Shown: positions 1 to 8,856 of the stretch, piece after piece
Layout: the number at the start of each line of letters is the position of its first letter
Numbering within the stretch: position 1 is the stretch's first letter
Sequence record: DRR723986_3124
DNA: 35,183 bases
Reading direction: 5' to 3' (one strand)
Position numbers and translations under genes: made by a program
Notes under the pieces: generated by a model
What the model was told of the DNA's origin: nothing
Database searches by the model: none
Seen by the model: only the letters and a program-made list of their open reading frames with translations

Positions 1-29
1 GAACGACGTTAGCCGCGGTTATCCAATTA

Positions 30-98
30 TTAGCCGAACGGCCGTTAGGCCCGGTTGTCTTTCAGCCTACACAACCGGGCCTAACGGCCGGCGGCTAA
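30..98. repeat. REP-like inverted repeat (palindromic doublet)
   Basis: Perfect 20-bp arms CGGCCGTTAGGCCCGGTTGT (39-58) / ACAACCGGGCCTAACGGCCG (71-90) around a 12-nt loop, extended by TTAGCCG (30-36) / CGGCTAA (92-98). A degenerate copy of the left arm (GAACGACGTTAGCCGCGGTT) lies at 1-20. Confidence 0.7.
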
Positions 99-570
99 CT
101 GTTGCCGCTTGGGAACGCGGCACGTATGGAGGGTCAGATACGGACGATCAACGGTGGCTTTGCGGAGACGCGGAAGATCCCGGTGAACGCCGAAATGGCT
201 ATTTTCCCGAGAGAAAGTGGACATCGCGTGCCTGGCGTACAATGTTGCCTTGACGAGTTGTCCCAGGGGAAATTTTGCGGGTTTGTGTTGGATTGCCGCT
301 CTTTCTGACGATAAAGTTGCACTATGAACTGGTTTGCGTCAGAATGCACTCAACAGCGTGGTCGAGGGCAAACCGTTAAGCATGGCTAAATTCGGTGCAG
401 TTTGCACCAACCGACGTGAAGCTTTGCCTGCCCTGAACGCTCAACAGTTCGCACAGAATTCGAACTGATGAGCCCAGATTTAGTGCGTTGAAAAAGTACC
501 ATTGGCATTTGCGACTGACAAATCCTCCGCCCAGTTTCTTTCCGCGATGCCGAGAACTGCGAACTAACTG

Positions 571-1242
571 ATGCAAACCATTACTCTCAGAGTGATTTCG
601 GGCGCGGACCGCGGCAAGATTTTTCGTGATCTTTCCACACCGGTCACTATCGGTCGCGAAGAGGGCAATGCAATTCAACTGAACGACGAACGGATCAGTC
701 GTTTCCATGTGAAGATTCAGGAAGATGACGGGCGCTTGGTTGTCACCGACCTCGATAGCACCAATGGCACTCGAATCAACGGCAACGTTTGCAACCTGAA
801 GATCCTGCGTTACGGTGACACAATCTCTGTGGGGAGGTCAGTCTTACTGGTCGGCTCCAGTGAACAAGTCGCTGCTTGGTACGACAGCACCGGCGGTTCA
901 GACCGGACCAACGCTGATGTCTACTCCGACCCCGGACTCAACGAAGAGCTTGACCTGAGCACAGGAACTTCGCGAAGCATCGGTGAACCTCAAAACTGTA
1001 ATTTACCCCGCGGTCTCACTCCAGGGCAGAGCGCTGAACTCCGCGAACTTCTTGACAGTATCCACGACGGCATGCGTGGAATTCTCGAAGAGGCGGTTGT
1101 TGATGAGAAAACCAACAAGGTCACGATCGACTTAAGAGCTTGGCAGGCGTTGTTGCGAACGCAGAGCACAGTTGCTCAACTGATTCACGCAATCGAAGAT
1201 CCAGAAAGCAGCCAAAGTTCGAAGTTTGACTTTGGTGCTTAG
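571..1242 (+). CDS. FHA domain-containing protein
   Basis: N-terminal FHA signature: TIGR...ISRFH...DLDSTNGT...LRYGDTISVG. An acidic linker and a predicted helical C-terminal region follow. Confidence 0.9.
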   Translation: MQTITLRVISGADRGKIFRDLSTPVTIGREEGNAIQLNDERISRFHVKIQEDDGRLVVTDLDSTNGTRINGNVCNLKILRYGDTISVGRSVLLVGSSEQVAAWYDSTGGSDRTNADVYSDPGLNEELDLSTGTSRSIGEPQNCNLPRGLTPGQSAELRELLDSIHDGMRGILEEAVVDEKTNKVTIDLRAWQALLRTQSTVAQLIHAIEDPESSQSSKFDFGA

Positions 1243-1329
1243 TTCGTTCGTACTTAGTTCATTCTTATGGCGTCAGCGGCAGGTAGCTCCCGCGAGCGAT
1301 TCTTTCCCTGCGATCTTGGCGGAGGCTGG

Positions 1330-2172
1330 CTATCCGTTATGAACCAGCGCTGAGATCCCCCACAACAAGTAGTACTGAACAACGTACACCATCAAGGGAA
1401 ATCGCCCGAGCCACGCCAACGCTCGAACTTGGAACAATCGATGGTGGGCAGCAGCCAGAGTAAGAAGTCCAGCGAGCGGGACAAACCACAGCACGAAAGC
1501 GGTCGGCTTGGGTACAGACAAAGATGCGGCCGCCATTGCAATCCAGGCCAGCAAGGCAACGCCGTGTCGCCAGTTCATTGGAGTGTTTGTGCCGTGATGA
1601 CGAACATCATCACGGCCTTCTGCCCAACGCAGGGCTGTTCCTGCAGCGATGCAGGCGGCAACGACAAGCAGAGGGTAATCCAAGATCGCTCCCGTTGGAT
1701 CCCACCAGGCCAGAATTACAAGCCCCATGCACAGCGGCATCCACCGACGCACCAATAAGTAAACCCCAATCGTTAGAAGAATACTGGCGAGAATCTCCAG
1801 TCGAGCGTAGAGCGTCCAATAGACGACGTTGGCCGCTAACGTAGCAGCCGCTAGCTGGAAAATTCGCTCCGGTCGTGGCAGCCGAGGCCGATAGAGAAAG
1901 TAGCCGGCCAAGACACAGAACAGCGGCATCGACAATCGAGTCGCGATCCGCAAAGTGTCCACCTCAATAGGCACTTTCCAGATCATATCTGCGGCGTGAT
2001 CAACAATCATCAAGACAATTGCGATCCCACGTAGCGTATCGAGCTGTGCGTTGCGCAAGCTCTGCCCGTTGGTGCTGACATCCGTCGCTTGCGAGCGATG
2101 CCCACGCTTCTGGCGTTCTTGCGCCGATTCCAAATGCGACTTTTTCGTTTTCACCAACTCTGCGTCCTGCAA
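1330..2172 (-). CDS. TraX-like / acyltransferase-3-clan membrane protein (start uncertain, may be downstream)
   Basis: LDTLRGIAIVLMIVDH and RLSMPLF motifs, several hydrophobic segments, and C-terminal LGRFPLMVYVVQY. The first ~40 aa are hydrophilic and may not be translated. Confidence 0.65.
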   Translation of the reverse strand: MQDAELVKTKKSHLESAQERQKRGHRSQATDVSTNGQSLRNAQLDTLRGIAIVLMIVDHAADMIWKVPIEVDTLRIATRLSMPLFCVLAGYFLYRPRLPRPERIFQLAAATLAANVVYWTLYARLEILASILLTIGVYLLVRRWMPLCMGLVILAWWDPTGAILDYPLLVVAACIAAGTALRWAEGRDDVRHHGTNTPMNWRHGVALLAWIAMAAASLSVPKPTAFVLWFVPLAGLLTLAAAHHRLFQVRALAWLGRFPLMVYVVQYYLLWGISALVHNG

Positions 2173-2413
2173 GTTCTTATTTGCGTTCTCGCGGCCCGAT
2201 GGAATCCTGTTGAGGGGCGGAATTATCGCTATGCTAGGTCTGTTCTCCGATCACTCAGCCTTTGCCTGAGAAATTGTAGAATCGAAGGCATCCGAGCCAG
2301 TTGGCTGCAAGTTCTTGTGGTCAAACTGACCGAAGTCGGAACACTAAAGAAATCAAATATGCTTGCGTTGGCTTGTGCTCAGCAGGCCTCTCACGGATTA
2401 AGGATGAAGGGTT

Positions 2414-5400
2414 ATGACGACCGAGGCGACACCTGCAAAGACTAGCGGCAATTTCGTTCACCTTCATTGCCACAGCCACTACAGCTTGCTCGATGGTGCC
2501 AGCTCGCTCGACAAGCTGGTTAACAAAGCCAAGAAGGAGGGCATGAACGGCCTGGCACTGACTGACCACGGCAATTTGCACGGAGCTCTTCAGTTTTACC
2601 GCAAGGCGAAGGCCGCGGAAATCAATCCTATCATCGGCTACGAAGCATACGTTGCTCCAGGCAGTCGCAAGAGCAGGGGAGGGGCGGCCAGTCAGAAGGA
2701 GGCCGCATTCCACCTGACACTGCTGGCGAAGAACCACACGGGCTACAAAAATCTGCTCAAGCTTGCATCGCTGGCGTCCTTAGAGGGCTTTTACTACAAG
2801 CCACGGATCGACCGAGAAATCTTGCAAGAGTTCAACGAGGGAATCATCTGCTTGAGCGGGTGTGTTTCCAGCGAGTTTTCGCGTGCGGTGATGAAAGCGA
2901 AGGATACGTCCGATGCCGAAAAGCAAGCGATCGAAGTTGCCCAGTGGTTCCACGGTGTCTTTGGCGATCGATATTTCGTCGAAGTGATGAACAACGGGCT
3001 CGAGATCCAGCGGGCGCAACTGGAGGGCGCGGTCGACATTGCCAACAAACTGGGGCTACCAGTCGTGGCGACTAGCGACGCCCACTATGCGGATAAAGAA
3101 GACGCTGAAATCCAAGACGTCCTGCTGTGCATTAACACCGGAAAATATCGCACCGACTCCTCACGCATGAAGATGGAGAACGATCAGTTCTACCTGAGAT
3201 CACCTGAAGAGATGTATGCAAGTTTTCCTGGAATGGAAGACGCCGTAGCGCGTAGCCAGGAAATTGCCGATAGCGTTGACATCGAAATTGAGCTCGGCAG
3301 CCGCCACTTCCCCAAGTATCCCATGCCGAAGGAAAAGGATGCGGATGATTACTTGCGAGAGATCTGTGTTGCAGGACTGAAGGACCGCTACGCGGGGAAC
3401 GAAGAGATGCTTCCCGGAGGGGAACTATCTGAAGTCGTGCAGGCCCGCCTCGACCGCGAGCTGGGCGTCATCGAGCGTTTGGGCTTTGCCGATTACTTCT
3501 TGATCGTGTGGGACTTTGTCCGATTCTCCAAGGACAACAACGTTCCCAATACCGCTCGGGGCTCGGGTGTAGGTGCGATCGTGTGTTATGCGACCTACAT
3601 GAGCCACGTTTGCCCGATCAAGTATGACTTGCTCTTCGAACGATTCTTGGATGAGAATCGAATGGAGGCGCCTGATATTGATATCGACTTCTGCAAAGAT
3701 CGTCGCCTCGAGATCATTCAATATGTGAGGGACAAGTACGGCGAAGAAAACGTTGCCCAAATCGGCACCTTCGGAACACTTGCTGCCAAGGCCGCGATCA
3801 AAGATGTCGGTCGTGCGCTTGGCATTCCGCTCATGCGCGTCAATCAGATCACGGAGCTCATTCCGGATGAACTGAAGATTACCATCCCCAAGGCGCTTGA
3901 AAAAAACATCGACCTGAAAGCCGTCTACGATTCCGATCCGGAAATCCAAGAACTGCTAGACATTGCCATCAAGCTGGAAGGCAATGCGCGAAATGTCGGC
4001 ACGCACGCCGCGGCTGTCGTGATTGGCGACAAACCGCTTACCGAATACGTGCCTCTGACGCGGGTCCCTGGGAAGACGGACATCATTACCCAGTGGTCAA
4101 TGAATGACGTCGAAGATGCTGGCCTGCTGAAGATGGACTTCTTGGGCCTCAAGAACTTGACGATTTTGTCCAAGTGCGTGGAGGTCATCAAGGAAACGCG
4201 CGGGATCGATCTCGACCTGAACCGAATCCCAATCGATGACAAAGCGACTTTTGCTCTGCTTCAACGCGGTGAAACCAAGGGCGTCTTCCAGCTTGAAAGT
4301 GGCGGTATTCGCGACCTGTTGCAGCGGATGAAACCCGACCAATTCACCGACATCATCGCGACCAACGCCCTTTATCGTCCTGGCCCTCTAGAAGGAGGGA
4401 TGGTCGACGACTTTGTGGATGTTAAGCACGGTCGGAAACAGCCAGAGTACCTGCATCCCGTGCTAGAAGAAATCTTGGCAGAGACCAATGGTGTGATGGT
4501 CTACCAAGAACAGGTGATGCGGATTCTTAATCGTCTGGGTGGAATCGAACTGGCGTCTGCGTACACCTGTATTAAGGCGATCAGTAAGAAAAAAGAAGCC
4601 ATCATTGCGGCCAACGAATCGCAATTCATGTCGGGCTCCACAGAGAAAGGCCTCACGTCCAAACAGGCCCAAGACTTGTGGAACATGATTCTGAAGTTTG
4701 CCGGTTACGGCTTCAACAAGAGCCACTCGACGGCGTACGCGTTTGTTGCCTATCAAACGGCATTCCTTAAGACGCACTACAAACTCGAATTCATGGCGGC
4801 ACTGCTGACCGGTGATATTCCAGGGCGGAACTTCAAACGCAAAGACTCCTTGGTCGAGCACCTGGAAGACTGCGATCGGATGGACATTGAAGTTGTCCCG
4901 CCCGATGTGAATCGCTCTTTCGTCGACTTTGCAGTCCGCGATGGTGAAATTCGTTTTGGCCTTGCCGCTATCAAGGGCTGCGGCGGATCGGCGGGAGAGT
5001 CAATCGTTGCGTCGCGTGAGAAGGACGGACCATTCAAAGACCTGTTTGACTTCTGTGAACGCGTCGACCCCCACGATTGCAACCGCTCCACTATTGAAAC
5101 ACTCATCAAGGCCGGAGCATTCGATTTCTGTGGTGCCAACCGAGCTCAGTTGCTTGCCGTTGTCGAGCGAGCTGTGCAATCTGGTGCATCGGCGATTGCC
5201 GATAAGAAGAGCGGTCAAATGAACTTCTTTGAAGAGATCGACGAACCACAGGAAGAGGAAGCCCCTTCGACAAACCTGCCGGACATTCCGGAGTTTCCCG
5301 AGAAAACGAAACTGATGATGGAGAAGGAGGTTCTCGGGATGTACCTCTCGGCGCATCCGATGGCCGAATTCAAGGCTCAGCTCGAGACACTTTGCTCTCA

Positions 5401-6007
5401 CACCTCCAGCCAGCTCAAGGATGTGAAAGACCGCTCAGAAGTTATCGTTGGCGGAATGATTTCATCCATCAAGTTAGCGAATACGAAGAACCCGAAACCC
5501 GGTGCCTCGAGCCGTTACGCCAACTTCGACCTTGAGGACATGGACGGTGCGGTTCGCAGTATTTGTTGGCCTGCTGGGTACGAACAGTATGGCGAGTACA
5601 TCCAGGCCGAAAATGTTGTCATCATGCGGGCCACGGTCGACAAACGCGGCGGCAATGACGAGGTCAACTTGATGGCCAACGAGATTATCCCAATTGATGA
5701 AGCTAATGAACGTTTCACCGCTGGGATTCGCATCCATCTCAACCAAGAGAATCACGCAGAAGAGCTCATCGGGCGACTGAATGAAGTCCTGCGGGGCTAC
5801 CCTGGCAAGATGGATGTTTTGGTGGCTTTGAAAATGAAATCTGGCGATCTGGTGCAGGTGAAGAGTAAGAAACACCGGGTCCAGATTACCCCTGAATTGA
5901 GGGGTAGATTGGACGATTTGCTCGGCAGCAACAGCCACCGATTGATGGTTTCGCCTCCAAAACCAAAGCAAGGGCAGGACAGACGGAGGTCGAGGCAGCA
6001 GAATTAG
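2414..6007 (+). CDS. dnaE: DNA polymerase III alpha subunit
   Basis: PHP domain (HLHCHSHYSLLDG, TDHG), ARGSG, catalytic PDIDID, KMDFLGL, FAGYGFNKSHS, OB fold. 1197 aa with no intein-sized insertion. Confidence 0.98.
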   Translation: MTTEATPAKTSGNFVHLHCHSHYSLLDGASSLDKLVNKAKKEGMNGLALTDHGNLHGALQFYRKAKAAEINPIIGYEAYVAPGSRKSRGGAASQKEAAFHLTLLAKNHTGYKNLLKLASLASLEGFYYKPRIDREILQEFNEGIICLSGCVSSEFSRAVMKAKDTSDAEKQAIEVAQWFHGVFGDRYFVEVMNNGLEIQRAQLEGAVDIANKLGLPVVATSDAHYADKEDAEIQDVLLCINTGKYRTDSSRMKMENDQFYLRSPEEMYASFPGMEDAVARSQEIADSVDIEIELGSRHFPKYPMPKEKDADDYLREICVAGLKDRYAGNEEMLPGGELSEVVQARLDRELGVIERLGFADYFLIVWDFVRFSKDNNVPNTARGSGVGAIVCYATYMSHVCPIKYDLLFERFLDENRMEAPDIDIDFCKDRRLEIIQYVRDKYGEENVAQIGTFGTLAAKAAIKDVGRALGIPLMRVNQITELIPDELKITIPKALEKNIDLKAVYDSDPEIQELLDIAIKLEGNARNVGTHAAAVVIGDKPLTEYVPLTRVPGKTDIITQWSMNDVEDAGLLKMDFLGLKNLTILSKCVEVIKETRGIDLDLNRIPIDDKATFALLQRGETKGVFQLESGGIRDLLQRMKPDQFTDIIATNALYRPGPLEGGMVDDFVDVKHGRKQPEYLHPVLEEILAETNGVMVYQEQVMRILNRLGGIELASAYTCIKAISKKKEAIIAANESQFMSGSTEKGLTSKQAQDLWNMILKFAGYGFNKSHSTAYAFVAYQTAFLKTHYKLEFMAALLTGDIPGRNFKRKDSLVEHLEDCDRMDIEVVPPDVNRSFVDFAVRDGEIRFGLAAIKGCGGSAGESIVASREKDGPFKDLFDFCERVDPHDCNRSTIETLIKAGAFDFCGANRAQLLAVVERAVQSGASAIADKKSGQMNFFEEIDEPQEEEAPSTNLPDIPEFPEKTKLMMEKEVLGMYLSAHPMAEFKAQLETLCSHTSSQLKDVKDRSEVIVGGMISSIKLANTKNPKPGASSRYANFDLEDMDGAVRSICWPAGYEQYGEYIQAENVVIMRATVDKRGGNDEVNLMANEIIPIDEANERFTAGIRIHLNQENHAEELIGRLNEVLRGYPGKMDVLVALKMKSGDLVQVKSKKHRVQITPELRGRLDDLLGSNSHRLMVSPPKPKQGQDRRRSRQQN

Positions 6008-6159
6008 GGGGCAAAGCTCCCAAAAGCCCAGGTTTTGTTGCCATTCTGTCGTGCAGCAATTAATCTCATAGTTACTCATGAGCGCACGATCCGTCTCGGG
6101 GTGCTTCCCAACCGCACGCGCGGCGGCCAAATAGTCTTCTCAGCCAAGGCAAAGCAAGA

Positions 6160-7614
6160 ATGATTCGCCTTTACTCATCACTTGTTAAATCATCCATTTT
6201 TGCGGCACTACTGTGTCTGCTTGCAGCCCCTTCGGCCTTTGCGCAAGGTGGTGGAGCAGGTGGCGGTGGGGCCGGTGGCGGTGGAGCTGGCGGCGGCGGT
6301 GCCGGTGGTGGTGGAGCCGGTGGCATTGGAACACAGCCAGTGGCGGGTGTTTCCATCGATGCTCAAGGCGTCCTGCGAGTGATGCAGCCTGACCGCCGGA
6401 TGACGATGCGTAAGCTCATGGCGGCTCGGCAAACACTGAATCAGGATATTGCGCGACCAAGCAAGCTTCGCAAGATTTCGCTAACTCGTTTGGAAGCAGC
6501 TATCTCTGAAAAATTAGCTCGTGGCGAAACGATCGATTCGGACATGATCGCCATGGCTGGCCTAACGCGGCTCGAGTACGTGTTTGTCTATCCCGACAGC
6601 GGAGACATTGTTCTTGCTGGACCAGCAGAAGGTTACGGGCAAGATTCCGTCGGTCGTATGATTGGAATTCAAAGTGGTCAGCCGACCCTCCTGCTCGAAG
6701 ATTTGATCGTTGCTTTACGTTCGTTCGCACCGAATTCGAAGTCCGTTGAAACGATTTCCGTTTCGATTGATCCAACTGAAGAGGGACTGGTTCGGCTGCA
6801 GAAAGCGATCGGACAATTGTCTGGTCGATACCGCGGTCCAGCAGACATCCCCGTAGTGCTTCAAACGTTCAAGCAGGCACTTGGCAACAATGTTGTCACC
6901 ATCAAGGGCGTTCCAGCAGGAACTCACTTTGCCCACGTTCTAACAGAAGCCGATTACCGAATGAAGCTGATCGGCATTGGCAGCGAAAATCCGCCGGTAC
7001 GCGGCATCATCAGCTACGCTTCCCAATTGAATGCAAACGCTGGCGCAAACGCCCTAGTTCGATGGTTCTTTGTTCCTGACTACGAGTCGATCACAACCAA
7101 CTCTGATTTCTCTGCGATGCGTCTTTCGGGCCAAGGCCTCAAGCTTGTTGGCGAAAATGAAGTCGTCAAGTCAGACGGTACCCGCGTTTCGAGTCGGCGA
7201 CAAAACCCAGCCAGCCAGAAGTACACGACCAGCTTTACTAAGATGTTCCCTCGAGTTGCTGAAGTGGACCCAGTCTACGGTCAGCTTCGCAACCTGGTCG
7301 ACTTGAGCATCGCAGCAGCCTTCATTAAGGAAGCTGGTTTCTATGAGCAAGTTAGCTGGGACCTCGGAGTATTCGGTTCGGAACGATCCATGCCAGTCGC
7401 GACATTGCCAGAACCACGCATGGTCGAAAGTGCGATTAATGCAGTTGTTAAAGGCCGACGCCTGATCACGCCAATCGGTGGTGGTGTGGCGATTCAGCCG
7501 CGGCAAGCCCTGAAGAAAGAGAACATCAAGACCGAAAGCGACGGTAAGATTTCTGCTCAGCGAGAAACCACAACCATCGAAGGACTCACCGACGGCCAGT
7601 GGTGGTGGGATTGA
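6160..7614 (+). CDS. Secreted DUF1598-like protein
   Basis: Signal peptide ending ...APSAFA, Gly-rich linker, then GVSIDAQGV, DIVLAGPAE, VSIDP, EADYRMKLIGIG, RWFFVPDY and C-terminal WWWD, which I recognise as the planctomycete DUF1598 family. Confidence 0.75.
   Translation: MIRLYSSLVKSSIFAALLCLLAAPSAFAQGGGAGGGGAGGGGAGGGGAGGGGAGGIGTQPVAGVSIDAQGVLRVMQPDRRMTMRKLMAARQTLNQDIARPSKLRKISLTRLEAAISEKLARGETIDSDMIAMAGLTRLEYVFVYPDSGDIVLAGPAEGYGQDSVGRMIGIQSGQPTLLLEDLIVALRSFAPNSKSVETISVSIDPTEEGLVRLQKAIGQLSGRYRGPADIPVVLQTFKQALGNNVVTIKGVPAGTHFAHVLTEADYRMKLIGIGSENPPVRGIISYASQLNANAGANALVRWFFVPDYESITTNSDFSAMRLSGQGLKLVGENEVVKSDGTRVSSRRQNPASQKYTTSFTKMFPRVAEVDPVYGQLRNLVDLSIAAAFIKEAGFYEQVSWDLGVFGSERSMPVATLPEPRMVESAINAVVKGRRLITPIGGGVAIQPRQALKKENIKTESDGKISAQRETTTIEGLTDGQWWWD
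6247..6324 (+). repeat. Coding (GGGGA)n low-complexity repeat
   Basis: About five 15-bp units encoding GGGGA, with synonymous codon differences between units. Confidence 0.9.
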
Positions 7615-7651
7615 TCCACCGGGCTCGTTAGCCGACAGGCAATTCGAAACG

Positions 7652-7685
7652 AAAAAAGCGATGGCTAAACAGCCATCGCTTTTTT
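7652..7685. terminator. Bidirectional intrinsic terminator
   Basis: Perfect 15-bp inverted repeat AAAAAAGCGATGGCT-aaac-AGCCATCGCTTTTTT between convergent genes, giving a U-tract on both strands. Confidence 0.9.
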
Positions 7686-7742
7686 GTTGTCTGATTCTTA
7701 GCGTTTGAATAACTTCTTCTACGCGTTTACGTTCACGCGAGC

Positions 7743-8384
7743 TCAGTTCGCGATCAAACCACTCTTGACGGCCCATACCGCGGCTGCCGTTCGATCGGCC
7801 GTGTCCAGCTTCCTGAGAATGTTCTGCACGTGTTCCTTCACGGTCTCAACGCTGATTCCGAGTGAAGTTCCAATCTCACGGTTGCTGAGACCGAGAGCAA
7901 TGTGTCGCAGGACTTGCAGCTCACGATTCGTTAGTGGAATATCCTTCGAATCGGTGCGATCACGTCGCTTCTCCATCGTCACTTGCACCCGACGCAAGAT
8001 ACTGTTTTCCGTAGGCTGCGTTCCTTGAGCGGCTCGTTGGACAGTATCGAGCATATCGAGCCGAGACGAGTCCTTTAGGATGTAGTCATTCGCGCCCAAA
8101 GCGATCGCCCGGGCAACGTAAGTGGGGTTGTCGTAGGTGGACATCATAACGACGGAGACATCGGGTGCTTTTTCACGGATCACCTCCAGTGCCGCCAGTC
8201 CGTCGTCGGCGCCTAGCCGCACGTCCAGCAAGACCACGTCGGGCTGCTTCTCCAGGGTTAGGGCAACAACTTCATCCGCAGTGCCCGCGAGACCCACAAT
8301 CTGGACCTCGCTATCGGCAAGCAAGGTGCCGATACCTCTGCGAACTACTTCATGGTCGTCGGCAACTAGTAGCTTAATACTCAC
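7743..8384 (-). CDS. NarL/LuxR-family two-component response regulator
   Basis: REC domain (LLVADDH, VLLDVRL, YILK) plus LuxR HTH (LTNRELQVL...SNREIG...TVKEHVQNILRKL). Start moved from the ORF-track 8510 to GTG at 8384, which has GAGGT upstream and sits at the REC domain start. Confidence 0.93.
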   Translation of the reverse strand: MSIKLLVADDHEVVRRGIGTLLADSEVQIVGLAGTADEVVALTLEKQPDVVLLDVRLGADDGLAALEVIREKAPDVSVVMMSTYDNPTYVARAIALGANDYILKDSSRLDMLDTVQRAAQGTQPTENSILRRVQVTMEKRRDRTDSKDIPLTNRELQVLRHIALGLSNREIGTSLGISVETVKEHVQNILRKLDTADRTAAAVWAVKSGLIAN

Positions 8385-8856
8385 GACTTCAAATACCTCA
8401 AGCGAAAAGATGAGACTAGCCTGCATCAACGGCAGTGTGCTGAAACCAACCGATTTAAGGGGACAACCAAGCAATACTAGCTCGCCGATCAGCCCGCCTA
8501 AGTGCGGCAACCCGCAAAACCACTAAGCATCCCGAAATAGGAACGTTAAAAATGTGGCATCGGTAGGAGCAGAGAACACCCGCTCGAGATCCCGAATCTT
8601 CTAGGGGCTGAAGATGTTCTCGTGGATTCAAGCGTGTTGCAGTTGCAGCAGCTTAAGCAGTATAGCTACTAATGTCGCCCCCCCCAAGCGGACTCCCAAA
8701 ACCGACAAAATCACTAGGAACAAACTACTTACGAACCTTCTTAAGCTTTGCAACTTGCCCAGACCGCGCCCGCGACCTAAGTAAATGAGGCGTCGACGCA
8801 ACGTTGGCGTGCACTTTTCGAAACGATTCAACGCTGCTGGCCTTGTTTGATTGCTT

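Noticed and set aside
233-248. Near-sigma-54 motifs (TGGCGTACAATGTTGC here; similar at ~8555, ~8805, ~33976, ~34250)
   Set aside because: GG-to-GC spacing is off by one or the -12 GC is missing. Sigma-54 requires exact GG-N10-GC.
366-410. GGGCAAACC resembling the start of a c-di-GMP-I riboswitch
   Set aside because: Lacks the GNRA-capped P2 and the downstream GACGCAAAGC segment.
2414-6007. Intein in dnaE
   Set aside because: Normal length, continuous polymerase motifs, and no C...HN splice signature or LAGLIDADG block seen.
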